From Alphaproteobacteria bacterium MarineAlpha5_Bin3 (GTDB lineage: Bacteria; Pseudomonadota; Alphaproteobacteria; HIMB59; GCA-002718135), in NCBI GenBank assembly GCA_002938255.1, contig PTLB01000003.1, forward strand, positions 1-34,386: a stretch of 34,386 nt of DNA, in the 5' to 3' direction. The position numbers were made by a program, and so were the translations under genes. Positions 33,583 through 34,386 of this stretch are shown here, in pieces (position 1 is the stretch's first letter; each line of letters starts with the position of its first letter). The notes below the pieces were generated by a model that had not been told where the DNA came from, made no database searches, and worked only from the letters and a program-made list of their open reading frames with translations.

Positions 33583-33591
33583 AATATAATC

Positions 33592-34362
33592 TTATTCAAT
33601 CGTGCTTAGATAATTAAGAGACCTGGATGTATAGTCTTTGTAGTCTTCAGGATCATCATGTTCTATTGCAAATATTTTACAATTTGTTTTTTTAACTTCA
33701 GAAATAATTGTTGCCCAATCAATAAATCCCTCCCCAATTGCACACTGCTCTTTGTTATCAATCAAGTCTTTGTCTTTCGAATAAAAATCTTTAAGATGAC
33801 AAGCAATAAGTTTGTAGTCATATTTTTTTATCCAAATTAAAGGATCTTGTTTTCCCGCTACAACCCAACCTAAATCAATTTCAAATTTTAAATTTTCATT
33901 GTGATCCAATATGCATTCTATAGGCATTTTACCACTCGGTAATTGATTAAATTCAAAAGAATGATTATGGTATCCTAAGGTAAGATCATTTTCTTCAAAC
34001 ACTTTTACGTAAGAAGAAAGTTCTTTGCCAAAACTATTCCATTCTTCTTCATTCTTGTCAAAACTAGTCTCAAATTTACCTACAGGTTTTCCTACAGGTG
34101 CAGGAACTATGGCGTGTTTAACATTTAGTGCCTTTAAACTATTTATAATTTGATCCGTATTTTTAAGAGTATCAAATCCTATATGTGAAGATAGAGAAGT
34201 TAAATTATATCTTTGAAGTAAATCTTTTGTTTCATCAAATGCCTCAACCTCAAATAATTCAACATTTGTCATACCTTCTAAGGATAAAAATTTAAATATT
34301 TTTTCATATGGTTTAAATTTTCTAGCTGTGTAAACTTGAATTGATATTTCTCCTTTTTTCAT
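33592..34362 (-). CDS. Sugar phosphate isomerase/epimerase (xylose isomerase-like TIM barrel, IolE/IolI-like)
   Basis: QVYTAR, GYHNHSFEF, EIDLGW, HLKD, GEGFIDW and IEHD. Confidence 0.9.
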   Translation of the reverse strand: MKKGEISIQVYTARKFKPYEKIFKFLSLEGMTNVELFEVEAFDETKDLLQRYNLTSLSSHIGFDTLKNTDQIINSLKALNVKHAIVPAPVGKPVGKFETSFDKNEEEWNSFGKELSSYVKVFEENDLTLGYHNHSFEFNQLPSGKMPIECILDHNENLKFEIDLGWVVAGKQDPLIWIKKYDYKLIACHLKDFYSKDKDLIDNKEQCAIGEGFIDWATIISEVKKTNCKIFAIEHDDPEDYKDYTSRSLNYLSTIE

Positions 34363-34386
34363 TTTAAATCCTTTCCTCTGACATTT

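Overview
This is a very AT-rich, tightly packed chromosomal segment from a genome-streamlined alphaproteobacterium. The FtsZ tail [12 protein letters not shown], the alpha-type SspB and the amidase-rnpB-mraZ order support the class assignment; a marine SAR11/HIMB59-like lineage is only an inference. Most of the window is core genome: sspB, gpmA, fumC, a complete minus-strand dcw cluster (mraZ to ftsZ-lpxC) with MraZ boxes, rnpB, an amidase, bamD-ligA, uvrD, mlaA-mlaC, and two sugar-catabolism genes at the right edge. The unexplained structure is in the first ~1.6 kb. Three ~140-170 bp non-coding elements alternate with single cargo genes (a truncated FGGY kinase, a GNAT and a glycine-zipper lipoprotein). 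All three end in AACAGA(A/G)CGCCCC, and each carries its own internal direct repeat at an identical 45-bp spacing. The core resembles the 3' end of the permuted alphaproteobacterial tmRNA gene, so the array reads as stacked attachment sites or one-gene cassettes at an ssrA integration hotspot; no integrase or ssrA is visible inside the window. The ~20-kb amidase-to-lpxC block also appears inverted relative to bamD-ligA, and recN is missing from its usual slot. No database searches were run; calls rest on motifs, gene order and manual alignment.
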